A stretch of DNA of 64,000 bases from Chara braunii (Eukaryota; Plantae; Charophyceae), in assembly GCA_003427395.1 (NCBI GenBank), contig BFEA01000001.1:5455069-5519068 (forward strand). The letters run 5' to 3'. The position numbers were made by a program, and so were the translations under genes. How positions within the stretch are numbered: the first letter of the stretch is position 1; every line of letters starts with the position of its first letter. The notes under the pieces were generated by a model. That model was not told the DNA's origin, made no database searches, and worked only from the letters and a program-made list of their open reading frames with translations. Below are positions 38,636 to 50,888 of this stretch, piece by piece.

Positions 38636-40355
38636 CGGAGGTAACCCTACCACTCCTCTTTCTCCCCTCTCCTCCTCATCTCTCCTCTCCCTGCCTGATA
38701 AATTTTGTTATTTTTGCGAAGCAATTTCCCGTGTATACCCGATCTCTATGCGCCCTAGCGGGGAAGGGTATGCGGAATGGGTAGACTGTCGACAGTGTGT
38801 CACATGAGCCCATGGCTCATGCATTCAATACCGAAATAACAGTAAACCTTGGCTGTGCCCCTTGTGTCGGGTTGATAAGATCCCGACTGAGGCTCGCTTT
38901 TTAGATGCCACATCAGAAGGGTTAAAGAAGCCCGGGAGGCTTAGAAGGGCCGAAGTATGGACGAATATCGCCTTGATTGCTACTCTAGTGGGTAACCTCC
39001 TCCAGGACTTCACCAAGGAAGATCGGAGGAGGGCCAATGAAAGGGCTCGGGACTACCGCTGGAATGAAGGATGGTTGGAAAAACGGAAAACGGATGGCAG
39101 TGGGATTTAGATGGTAGTGCCGCACCCGTTCATGAGGTATGACTGAGTGAAGACAGCGCATGAGGAAACGGCTGCCCATTTTGCCGTACGGATTACGAAG
39201 GCGGCAATCGACAAAAATGAGTGGTATTGGTCCAATATTCGTAACGATGTGAAGTTCATCGTCGCGAATTGTTAGGTCTGCTCTGCTGACAAGGCACCGA
39301 TTCAACCGCCAAGATCGATAGTACCGACGGTAGTTGAACGGCCTTTTCAAAGGGTTAGCATGGATACTACTGATATTGTGATGCCCCCTGGACCCAATAG
39401 CTGCGAATATTCAATCCTACTAGTATTCGTGGACCATTTTTCGAAATGGATCGAGGGGTATCCCTTTCGTACGCGACAGGCAGCCGAAATTGCACGATAC
39501 TTCAATCGGTTTTTAGGGATGCACCAGGACACGGAGGAAATTCTGACCGATAATGGGGTGGAATTCAGGGGAGAAGTCTTGAGGAATCTGGTCGTACACG
39601 ACGTTGCTATCCGGAATACCGCACCCCACATGTCGCAATCTAATGGGCTGGTAGAAAATGCAAATAGAGTGATAAAGACTGCGCTACGACGCGATATCGC
39701 AGCGCGGGACCCAAGGCCCTGGCCCGATATCGTTGATCACATCCTGGCGGTCCATCGAGGGACGCCCCACGAATCGACGGGCCTGATCCCTTTTCAATTA
39801 CGGACCAACAGTGTGGCCTGTGTTTCGATACCCAGCCTCCCGGACGAATCGTCGTTGAACTGACGGCCTACGAGGGCCACGGTTCGAGACAAGGCCAAGC
39901 GACATATGGAATTGATGGAAAGGTCCCTACCCCGATTAGCCTGAAAGCGCCAGAAAATGACCGAGTTGGCCCACGGCCGGCAGGTCCGTAGTTACAAGGC
40001 CCGGAACGGGAACGCGGGTCCGCGGCCCTAGTATAAATTGGGGGACTTGGTGCAGGTGAGGAAATGTGCTCGCCAGGGAAAAGCGCCACGATTCTTCAGG
40101 CAATTTCGAGTGATCGAGCTTGGCCCAAACGGAGTGAACACCGTGCGCCTCGTGTCAGAGGTATCGGGAAGCCGATCGACGTGGTCGATCATTCGCCACG
40201 TGTCCTATCTACGTTCCCTCCCTTCCTCCCCATCTCTTGCATCTTCTTCCTCTTCTTCCTCTTCCTTCGCTTCAAAAGAAGACGATGACTCTCTATCTCC
40301 TTCATCTTCTCCTACATCTCTCACCCCCTCTCATACCTCCTCGCCATCGCCATGA
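38628..40355 (+). pseudogene. PHD finger-integrase ORF (single frame, several point-mutation stops)
   Basis: PHD C4HC3 at 38706-38867; HHCC AHEETAAHF...C*VC; DDE SMD, TDNG, NGLVEN; GPY/F-like GDLVQVR; Ser-rich tail; no chromodomain. Confidence 0.9.
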
Positions 40356-40834
40356 GTTTTCTCACGGAGCGAGCTCTCGGTGATCACCTGCTGGCGCCAC
40401 GTGGCTACATCTCGGCGATCCGGCAAGTTCATCATTTGCGCTTCACTTTAGATCTTCTACGGCTCGCGCAGTTCTTCTGTACCACGGGGGTATACGCAGC
40501 AGCAGAGTTCCGATTTGCGGGCAATCATCGGGTGGTTATGTTGGCAGAAGCGGTAGCTGTCCATCGACGGTCAGCCCTAGGGATTAGCCACGTGTCCACT
40601 GCCATTTCCTTCAGCGGCGATATCAGCGCGATCAGTCCGCTGTGGCATACCGCCATCCGGACAACGTTACAGACGTGGGGTCAGCAATTGGCAGCAGAGT
40701 GGAATCAATCGCTCACGCGCCACGGGGACAATCTTGTCCTTACTGACGGCATCGAACTCAATGGGATTTAAGCGACCCAGCACGAGCCGACGGTGGTGCT
40801 TCCGGAACTCATCCCCTTCCAACGTCCCCAATGA
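40352..40834 (+). CDS. Accessory ORF A of unknown function (139 aa to TAA at 40771; extends to 40834 if that stop is a mutation)
   Basis: ATG overlaps the integrase stop (ATGA); protein-like composition. Confidence 0.5.
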
Positions 40835-41802
40835 ACCGCTCCCAACTCTCCACCTTCGTTCTCCCATCTCTCTTTCCCATCTTCTGGCAGTTTAGTCTTC
40901 ACCCTCGCTTCTCCGTCTGTTTGGAATCGTTGGCTGTCCCCCTTCTCGATCCAAGGCAGTGGGAGCGGTGGTGTGAACATTTCGTCGATCTTTCAATGTG
41001 CCTGGTCGGAGTGCGGCTCACATGGACAAGGGACGAGGAGCACCTCGCTTGGGTTGAGTACATGGAGCTACTGATCATCAAGGCCTGGCGGACGGAGGTG
41101 GAAGGCAATCTTCGTAGATTCCTGTTTGGATCCGTGAGGCCCGACCATCACCAGCTAATCGTGCAGGAACTCACGGTTCCTCTCGCGCAGTTGGTTGACG
41201 ATCTCCCCCTTGATATCGTCTCGCAGAGCGACGAAAGCCCGGTCTCGCACGTCCTCACACGAACGCTGACGCCGTACCTTCAGTGGTCGGCGTGCTTGGA
41301 GGAGTCGGGAAGCGGCCGCGACCAGCCATCACAACGAGGCTACCTGGACCCGCGGAAAATAATCGATCTCGCCTTCTTCCAGGACCGAACAGTCTCCGAA
41401 AACGAGGAGCTAGCAATAGAAGAAGAAGTGGAAGAAGAAGAAGGCGCAGCAGAAGAAGAGGAGGAAGAGACACCGGAAGAAGGCAGTTATAGTGAACATA
41501 GTGAGGGAGAGCAGAGTGAGGACGAAGAAGAAGAAGAGGAAGACGAGGAAGAGGAAGAGTTGGAGCTGGAGAAATCCGAGTGGAAAATCTCGGCGGAAGA
41601 AGTAAAACGAATGGACGCTCAGACGGAGGACCTCGAGGCAGCGTGCAAAAGAGAAGAGATTGTGGCCGGAAAGCGACAGCTGGAATTCGCACGCGGAGCA
41701 AATCTGCCCATCTCCGACGATCCAGGCAAAGATCCGAAGCCGCCCAAGCCCGAAGATGGGGACCCAGCTGCTGAGACTTCGAGCGCACCGGCCAGGCGGT
41801 GA
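40831..41802 (+). CDS. Accessory ORF B, 323 aa, globular N-terminal part and long acidic C-terminal tract
   Basis: Uninterrupted ORF in an otherwise decayed element; Trp-rich N-half; poly-Glu region. Confidence 0.65.
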   Translation: MNRSQLSTFVLPSLFPIFWQFSLHPRFSVCLESLAVPLLDPRQWERWCEHFVDLSMCLVGVRLTWTRDEEHLAWVEYMELLIIKAWRTEVEGNLRRFLFGSVRPDHHQLIVQELTVPLAQLVDDLPLDIVSQSDESPVSHVLTRTLTPYLQWSACLEESGSGRDQPSQRGYLDPRKIIDLAFFQDRTVSENEELAIEEEVEEEEGAAEEEEEETPEEGSYSEHSEGEQSEDEEEEEEDEEEEELELEKSEWKISAEEVKRMDAQTEDLEAACKREEIVAGKRQLEFARGANLPISDDPGKDPKPPKPEDGDPAAETSSAPARR

Positions 41803-41860
41803 TGAAGTCGATCCCCCTCCCCCTCCACCTCCGACCGTCTACAAGTTCGAGCCCGTACCG

Positions 41861-42388
41861 ATGCGGGCCATCAGGCTTCGTCCGCGGTCCTTATCCCGTC
41901 GTCCCCTTGATTACTTCACCCTCCGCCAGATCACCACCCTCGTCACCTTCCCTCGCAATCCCTTCCCGATCGATACCTTCCGTTTCTTCTACGCCACCCG
42001 TCTTGTCGTCACGGTTCACCCCCATCCTTCGACCCGGTGTGCCCTCCCCGACTTCTGTCTTCACACCCTTCTCTTGAGTGTCGTGTGGCGAGGCCACAAT
42101 ATCGTCGAGGTTTATTGCATGATCACGGGGACTATCCCCGCATGCGAGAACCACGATCGATTCCACGCGGCACTCTTCCGAACCTTCGCCACCCTGTACC
42201 CCGATTATCTTGCATCCCTCCCTCATAGTGGTAATCGATTCCCTCGCTTCCACCGGATCGTCCGATACCAGGAGCTTTCGGAGACAGTCGAGGGATTGGA
42301 ATGCTTTCTACCACCACTTCCGACTAACCCACCCCCTCGCCATGCCCCCATGTATCGTCTTCCTTTTCCCCTTTCCTTAGGACATTGA
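41861..42388 (+). CDS. Accessory ORF C, ~175 aa, unknown function
   Basis: ATG at 41861 within open frame 41660-42388; aromatic-rich, protein-like sequence. Confidence 0.45.
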   Translation: MRAIRLRPRSLSRRPLDYFTLRQITTLVTFPRNPFPIDTFRFFYATRLVVTVHPHPSTRCALPDFCLHTLLLSVVWRGHNIVEVYCMITGTIPACENHDRFHAALFRTFATLYPDYLASLPHSGNRFPRFHRIVRYQELSETVEGLECFLPPLPTNPPPRHAPMYRLPFPLSLGH

Positions 42389-42625
42389 TGCTTGGTTGAT
42401 TGGTGCGTGTCACGGATAATCCCCTCCTGGGATTGAAGAGAGCCCCTCTTGCGGAACTCGTAGGACAGAGTCTTGTATGCCAGGTTGGATGACTTCCACA
42501 CTCCTTTACATTGTAACTAGCAACAAAGAAAGCTTCGCGTGACGATCGATTAGAGAGATCGACACGTGTCATGATTCAAGCAAGCAGGAGCTTGCTTAAG
42601 ATTGGAACCCCCTGGGCGTCACATA

Positions 42626-44863
42626 TGTGATGAACCGATTTCTGTTCCGCACGACTTTCTGCGGGATAACAATGAGGGGTCCTAAGCTGGGAAGGAGGGG
42701 CCAATTACGGGAGATCGGGATTGAGAGAGAATTGCATCAGTGTCCTCGCTTTTTCGTATTTTCTCTTCGTCGCTTATTTTCGGATGGCGGGATTCAGGGT
42801 CGGGCAAGTCCCGGGATGATCGATTGAGTGTCGCGTCGACAGGGCACGAATAATAAGGGTTGACGTCACTTCTTTTTTGTTTTGTTGTCGGAATTTAGGC
42901 GCGGAGATTGCGCGGGAATTTTTGCTTCGTTCTTTTTTAATCTTCTTTTTGCATCTTGTCGAACCCTAATGGCTCTCGGAATTTCGGACTTTCCTTTCGG
43001 TATTCGTGCTTTTTACTTTTTCTGCATTAGATAGGAATTTAGGAATTCATAATGTTTTTTTTGCCGCACAGCGCTTACGCGCTTCTTCTTGCGGCTGCAA
43101 CGGAGCTCTGATTAGTCGGCGCCCTTAATCGTGTGTGTAACTGTAATTTTGGGCGGGCGCCATGGTAACTGTACCTTTCTTCTTGAACTTCATCTTTCTC
43201 GCTCTCGCTTTTCCTCTTGCAGTGTCTACCTATCCCGCAGACTGCATGCTCGAATCGATGCGTGGAGAGAGGCTACGTCCCCCACGCCGCGATCTGGCCA
43301 TGCCGAAAGCAGGCGCTCCCTCTCCTAATCCCCGTTCTAAGTCCTTGCAATTCCGTGTTCTTCGCGCATGCATGCACGCTATAAATTTTGGTTGCATGAT
43401 TAGATAGCTCTCTTAACCAGTTGTTGGAAACTCGGGGTAGCGCCATCAGTGAGGGTCGTCTCACGAGCGAAGTAAGAGGTGAGTTGAAGTCGGAGTCGGG
43501 CGACCCAACGAGCTGGTGTCGAACGCGCGGGGTTGACGAGGGCCACGACAGAGTGTGGGCGCGGGCGAATCTGACGGGTGCGGGAGGACTAAGCGGGGTA
43601 ACGACTTCGTGGGTTGGTGCGTGACGACGAACTGTCCGCATCGGAGAGAGAGAGAGAGGGAACTGAGGTTGATGGACATGGATTTGCAGTTTTCTTTGTC
43701 TTCTCTCCCTCCTTACTTTTGTATATAAATTTTGATCTCGGCTCAGGGCGATTCGCCCGTTTCCTTTTGCGGCGTGGTTTCCGCCCACACTCGTTTTGCG
43801 GTTGATCTCGATTTTGTTTGTTGCGTGTTTTGTGGAATGAATGAATGTCATGTCTGTTGCGTGTCTTTTTGCCTGATCCTTGCCTTTGACTTGTCGTTTT
43901 GATACACTCATGAGCATAGTAGGAATATTTTTTTTGCATAGTCGTCAATACTGCTTCCATTGCTGTTTATCCCCTTTTGAGTTACTGTTGTTACTGCACC
44001 TTGCATGTTCAGGAACGAGAGTGTACCGGATCACGGAGTAATTAGGTGATGGGGTAGTGTTTGTCTAGAGACAAGCGAGTACCTCGCGGGGATGTGTGTA
44101 AGCGCGATCTGATTTGCGCAGCCTACACGCATCCACGCGCGCCGATTCGCGTCCATTGACGAACTTGACACCTTCGATATCGGGTAGGTGGGAACTTTCA
44201 CTGCAATGATATTATACCGAGCTCTTGGGATTCGGAGTACTTTGACCCTTGGGTGACAGAATGTATTAGGCAGAGATACCCGGAATTCCCCTGCCTAACA
44301 GAGAATCGATTGTGCCCTAGAGAACCTCGGTTTCGTCGTTATCACTACCCGTTTCCCTCCCTTCCGTTTCCTCCTCCCGTATCACCAACTCATTGTAGTC
44401 CTGTGGAATTCCATCGCCCCGTACTGGCCCCACACGCCCTGCGGAAATTGTCGGTGACGCGGTAACTGATGAGCCCCTGAAACCAGGGGGCCTAATCCAA
44501 ACGCGCGACGGCAGACGCCACTTGGCTGCCCCCAAAGGCCCGACTCATCAAAATCACAGCCATCTCGGGCAGACCTCTCCCCGAACCACCGCCCCCAAAA
44601 CAGACAGATCGGACGGCCTTGAATGCACCGCTCATGCCATCTGCCTTATGCTGCACGACATAGAATGCCAACAGACCGGAAGTAACTCGCCCTAAGCCTT
44701 ATTGCAACTATGCCCCTGAAGCTTTGCCACATGAGATCTCAGTTCCGACTTGGGACTCCACCCCCACTTTCCCAAAAATCCTTGGCACACCCCTTTTCAC
44801 ACTTCCAGGCGCACATCCCACTCCGATCAGGAAGTCGCGTTGGGCGTGAGGTTGGGCGTCACA
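42626..44863 (+). repeat. 3' LTR (2.24 kb, TGTGA...TCACA)
   Basis: Inverted termini; matches the 5' LTR apart from an extra segment at 44122-44717; no PPT upstream. Confidence 0.9.
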
Positions 44864-46495
44864 GTCTGGTGCGCCGGACCGGATTGTCGTGATTTCACAT
44901 GGTGACAACGCGCTGGGTAGTGGCGTGAGCTACCGGTCAGTGGTGGCGGGGTGGAGTGCATGGCGAGGGAGTAAGGGATGGTGGCTACGATATTGGAGTG
45001 CAGCGCCATCTCCTATGCAGGCAAGATAAAAGATGACTAATTGGTTTGGTGGGCATGGAAGAGGTTTGTCGGGCGACTCCATATTGGCAAGAGGGCTACT
45101 TTCCCCTTTTCCTCAACAACAAACTGCGGCGACTCACCAACGGGTTTGGCGAGGAGGTGTCGCACTGTTTCCCTTCCTCCTAGGGGGATTGAAGATGGTC
45201 GTTGTAGTTTTCAGTGCTAGTAATGTCGTAGAACCTGGTGGTAGCAATAGGAGGGAGGGTGTCTCTCCTCCCCTGAAGACGGAGGGGGAGGGAATATGTA
45301 AGTTGAGGTTGTTGAGGAAGTGGGGACGGAGGTTTTATGGATAGTTTTAGGGTCAGAGTCATGCCCATGAGTGGATCGGTCAACTCACACTAAAAAAGTA
45401 TTAATAATCTACTCAATTGCTCTAATTCATCTTTAGAGTTATCTGATTTTGATGATTGATTGGAAGATGAATCTTAATTTTGTTTTTGCTGTGATCTCTC
45501 AATTTTATCTGCGTTATTCTGATTTTTAAATTTGCATGACGAAATTCTTGTTGTATATCCACAAGATAACAACCTAAATTTTGATCGTTTTGACTGCTTC
45601 TGAAAAAACTCCCGGAAAAAAATTCAAGTAAAGATTCGTAAATCATATTTTGCTCCGATATAAAACCATTATTTCAAAAATTCAACTTCCAAAGTGGATG
45701 ATCCATCTGTATTCCGTTTTTTTAATTTTTAGTTGTCATTATTTGAAACTACTTGATTTTTCTCTTGACTCTGATGCCATAATCAGTAATTCTTAAATCT
45801 ACAATCACAATAGTATACCACCGTTACCTTGTTATGGTTCGTGAGGAGTTTCAGTCTTGTCGTTAGTTGCGGGCCAGGAGTTTTGAGGATGCACCAGTGG
45901 GGGGGACGGTTTCTGGTTGGTGATATGGCATCCTGCTGGCGAGGAGGGCTAGCTAGTGGGATTGGATTAGGGTATAGCCGCATCTGGGATGGTGGCTCAA
46001 CTGTTATTAGTCTTGTCGGAGAGAGGTCAGCGGTTAGTAGGGGAGTCGGTGTTGGGCTTTTTTCGGTGAGGGCATTTACTCGACTTCTGTTTTTTCCTCT
46101 TCTTGTGAACTATGGGTGGAGGAGGTCGGCTCGTCATGAGAGGAGGAGGAGCTGAGGAAAAATGTGTGGGCGCGTCTGCTAAATCCATCCTGGTTTTGCT
46201 GCCATCCGATTTTCCTGCAACAATGGTCGGGCGATCTCCCGCAGTTGTCTGACAGGTGTTTGTGCGGACGTTTTACACTTCTCGTGTGTTAGTGCAACCT
46301 TGCGGCGGGTCGAATTGTGAGGTCCCCAACCTCTTTCAGTTGATTTTTGCAATAAATAAGTTCGTATTTCCCAAAAAATCAAAATAAAATAATGTTTCGT
46401 GCGCATGTTACCGCAGTGACGACGAAGGTCGAAAGTCGAGCAGAACGCGAGCGCAAAATTCCGCGTCGTCGGTCGACTGCCCCACACACTTCATG

Positions 46496-48055
46496 TTTTT
46501 TTTTTTTTTTTTTTTTTTTTTTTNNNNNNNNNNNNNNNNNNNNNNNNNNNNNNNNNNNNNNNNNNNNNNNNNNNNNNNNNNNNNNNNNNNNNNNNNNNNN
46601 NNNNNNNNNNNNNTTATACACCAAATTAAGGTTTGGGGCCGGGGTCCTCACAGTCTGCCCGAAAAACACGAAATATTGAGTACCAAGTATCGGGACCTTT
46701 ACTCAGGTTCACTTCTTAAAAATTGTCTCTGCTGAAAAACAGGTTCAGCGTCCCAATGTAAATGCTACGACTATTGGCCGTGCTATTGCCCCAAGTGGGT
46801 TTAATGTATGGCCACAATTACTCACCCAAGTGGTTTTTTAGAAAGCTCATCTGACTAGTGGTACATCTGGACGTCAGGGTAACCCATCTTGTCCCTGAAA
46901 CTTGGTATTACAGGCTAATTAATTAACATAGAACTTTTTCTTATTTTACAGAGCCAAAGTCCAAGTATCACTTTCTGGTTTTCGTCTAAAGTAGCCAGTT
47001 TGTTATCTGTTCCCCTAGTTTTTAAGAACCAGATCGGCCCCTTCCTTTTCTTGTCTACTAAAATTGTAATTCTCATGTGTTTTTTTATCTGGGCCTGCAT
47101 CTGTCCTTTGCATGAGAGTTTTGTTCTGTATAAAGCATTGCTTCTGGATTCCCAGAGACATTCATAATTTTGCGACAAGTCTTGACCTATGTACCCCCAT
47201 CCTGATTCATAGTTTCGTGTACCAGGGCTAATCCCTGTCTCTATCCATTCATCTGTCCAGGGAAAGGCTTATGAGGAAAAGGCCTTCCAATGTTTCCTCC
47301 ACCACTGTCATATCCTAAGTGAGAAGGGGCAGTGCACCCAGATGTGTGTTGTGGATTCCCATGCCCATTGACACCTTGCACAAGCGTGTGGGATTTCCAT
47401 CTTTCTTGAGATCAACCATTCTGCAGAGGGAACTACTTGAAGAACCTGCATCTAGAGTAGATTTGCGATTCTCTGTTCAGGGAATTGTTTTTTAAGTTGT
47501 TTCCATGTACTCCTCACATTTTATTATGTAATGGTCTGTGGAAATTTGGTTGTCCATCTTTCTGTTGCAGCTAGGGTTGGCTTTCGTTGGGTCTGCTCTC
47601 TTTGAATCCTTAACCCTATCTTAGGTTTGTACATTGACCAAGGCACCAAGACCCCACATGTATTCTCCCCTTTCCATCCCTGCAAGAATGGTTTCACTGC
47701 GTACTTGTTCACCTCCCGACCCAGTGTACAGTGGTCTTTGCCTTATCGAATGTGGACCAAACTCTAAGTTTTGTTACCTCTTCCCGATCCGAGTCCAGTT
47801 GTACTCTTCTTTCTTCCTCAAACTTCAGCAGTTGGTCTTGTGTGGAGTTATTGTTGATTGCCCATTTCTGGACCCTGATCCCTGAGGGAATGCCTGGTCC
47901 TACTACCCTCCATACCCAGTTCTCCTCTCCTTCTCTCTTTACCCAAGTATTGTGTACCTGCAGTGAGGGACGCTTGAGGGTAGTTGCCCAGTCATTTGGA
48001 CAGGCGGCTATGAGTTTCCTTAGATTGGCATGAATGTTGCGTAATCTTGGTAGTT
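46496..48055 (-). mobile_element. 5'-truncated L1/Tx1-like non-LTR retrotransposon (ORF2 C-terminus; possible poly-A tail across a gap)
   Basis: CARCQWAWESTTHIWVHCP CCHC finger at 47329-47382, Trp-rich context with stops; T run at 46496-46523. Confidence 0.7.
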
Positions 48056-48096
48056 CGCAGCCCTAAGGCCGCAGCCCTAAGGCTGCGGTATAGTGT

Positions 48097-48295
48097 GCTT
48101 CCGCGTCTGTGTCAAGGTGTCGCATTTTCGGTGGCGGCCGACCAGGACGCAAAGTGGGTTTTTAGGGGGCAAAAAACTTTGGGGGATTGGTCCTTGGCAA
48201 AATTGCAAACTACCTACAGCTAGCTCTTCTAGAACCGGGACTTTTTGAAAAAGAAAGGACCGGTCCTCGGGTGGAAGTGGACCCCAAAAAGAAGT
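48097..48295 (+). repeat. Dispersed repeat, also present at 62858-63017
   Basis: gcttc(c/t)gcgtctgtgtcaa...gacgcaaagt...aaattgcaaactacctaca...gaagtggacccc shared. Confidence 0.85.
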
Positions 48296-48652
48296 GGGGG
48301 GCGTTGGACCGGTCCCCGGGTAGAAGCGGACCCCAAATAGAAGTGAGGGCATTGAGGGCATGTGCCAGTGCTTGTGCATTTCGTTCGTGGTCGACTGGAG
48401 GGTCTGTAGCATGTAGCATGTAGCACATTGCAAGCGTAGCGCACAGTACTACGGTAGTGCTTGTGCATTTTGTCCGTGGTCTACTGGAGGGGCGTCGAGC
48501 GTTGACATTGCCACGATCTCTTGGCGATGTGTCTCTTGGCGATGTGAAGGGATGCGAAGATGTCAGCGACCTCTCTACTGCTGCACTGAGTGTTGTTCTT
48601 TTGGTCGTACGCCCTGTGCGCACGTGCTCCTTGAACTTTGACGGTGTCCATA

Positions 48653-48739
<87 letters not shown>

Positions 48740-48837
48740 CGCTTGACGATGTCAGCGACCTCTCTGTTGCTGCAGTGAGCGCTGTTCTTGTGGTCGTACG
48801 CCCTGCGAGCACGTGCATCGCTGACGGGAGCGGTGGT

Positions 48838-48884
<47 letters not shown>

Positions 48885-48971
48885 CGCGTGTGTGGACTCC
48901 CACGTCATCGAGCTTTTTCACCGTAGGCGACGAGAAGGCTCTATTACACCTTTCAGCGAGGTAAGTATTTC

Positions 48972-49078
<107 letters not shown>

Positions 49079-49219
49079 GTTCCACCTGTTCGCGCCAGAG
49101 AGAGAGTTGGAGATCGCGCATCTAGCCCCGCACAGAAAACGTCCCCCCATCCCGTCTACACACACTCATTGCGCACATACACGCTCACACATACACACAC
49201 TCATCATGCAAATACACAC

Positions 49220-49300
<81 letters not shown>

Positions 49301-50168
49301 CTACAGCGATAGGTAGTGCATGTGGAGAAACCCGCACTCTTCATACTCAAAACTCCCAAGCGGGGAAGAGAAAACTCTTAACGGAATTCAAAACGGCGGC
49401 CCGTTAGATGCACGAACTCGAACGCCCGTTGCACACGCATGCACATGGTTTGATTGACAGTAAGATCGGCAGCAAAAAGCGCAAAAAAAAAAAAGAAAAA
49501 AAAAGAAAAAAAAAAGATCAACCGTAACATTTTTATCACGATTGTTTGATGATAGATATATCTGGGTGGAAAAGGCTAATAAAGAAGGAAGCATGGTATT
49601 ATGAAAAAAAATCAAACGAGTGAGTGATCGAGAAAGTGCTTACTACATGACCCAACGAGTCAGTGTGATTGATTGATTGATTCATTCATTCATTAATTGA
49701 TTGGAGTTGACGACACTCGATCGATCAATCGATCGATCGATTGACTAATTGATTAATTGATTGGATTGATTGGATTGATTGGATTGATTGGACTGATTGG
49801 ATTGATTGGATTGATTGGACTCGATTGGGTTGATTACTACTTTGACTATAGCAGAGGGACTTGGCTGCTCAGATTTATCGTTCAACAAAAGAGGAAGATA
49901 CCTACCTTCTCCTTACCATACGGTGAAGTGAGACAGACGACTTAAGGAGGCGACTATGGCCGAGGAGAGAGATGTGTGTGTGTGCGTGTGTGTGCGTTGA
50001 GTGTGTTCTATTTCCTGCTGCGCTTTGCTCACAAATGCGGGAAGGAATACCAAGGGGAACACGATTCCTGTGTGTGTGTGTGTGTTTGTGTGTGTGTCTG
50101 TTGAGTGTGTTCAATTTCCTGTTGCGCCTTGCTCACAAACACTGCAAGGTGTGACAAGGGGAACACGA

Positions 50169-50238
<70 letters not shown>

Positions 50239-50613
50239 NNNNNNNNNNNNNNNNNNNNNNNNNNNNNNNNNNNNNNNNNNNNNNNNNNNNNNNNNNNNNN
50301 NNNNNNNNNNNNNNNNNNNNNNNNNNNNNNNNNNNNNNNNNNNNNNNNNNNNNNNNNNNNNNNNNNNNNNNNNNNNNNNNNNNNNNNNNNNNNNNNNNNN
50401 NNNNNNNNNNNNNNNNNNNNNNNNNNNNNNNNNNNNNNNNNNNNNNNNNNNNNNNNNNNNNNNNNNNNNNNNNNNNNNNNNNNNNNNNNNNNNNNNNNNN
50501 NNNNNNNNNNNNNNNNNNNNNNNNNNNNNNNNNNNNNNNNNNNNNNNNNNNNNNNNNNNNNNNNNNNNNNNNNNNNNNNNNNNNNNNNNACACACAGAGA
50601 GAGAGAGACAGAC

Positions 50614-50679
<66 letters not shown>

Positions 50680-50888
50680 GTCCTTCAGTAAGGCGGTGCT
50701 TTCTTTCGAGCGAAACGGTGCGTGTTGTAGGCGCGCTGAATCCCCCACGACCCCTTTTTTTGTGTGTTTTAACAAATCAATTATCAAACAATCAGCTCTG
50801 ATTGATTGATTGATTGATTGGGAGAAGAAAAACAAAGAAAAAGAGAAAAAGGTGCGGGAAAAGACTTCGGTTTTTTGGGGGGGGGTTC

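Larger units (their letters stand above)
25636..44863 (+). mobile_element. Composite/nested Ty3/Gypsy LTR retrotransposon block
   Basis: LTR pair with TG...CA outer termini, PBS, gag and pol; imperfect 4-bp flanks gcct/gtct; internal nesting boundaries unresolved. Confidence 0.75.
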
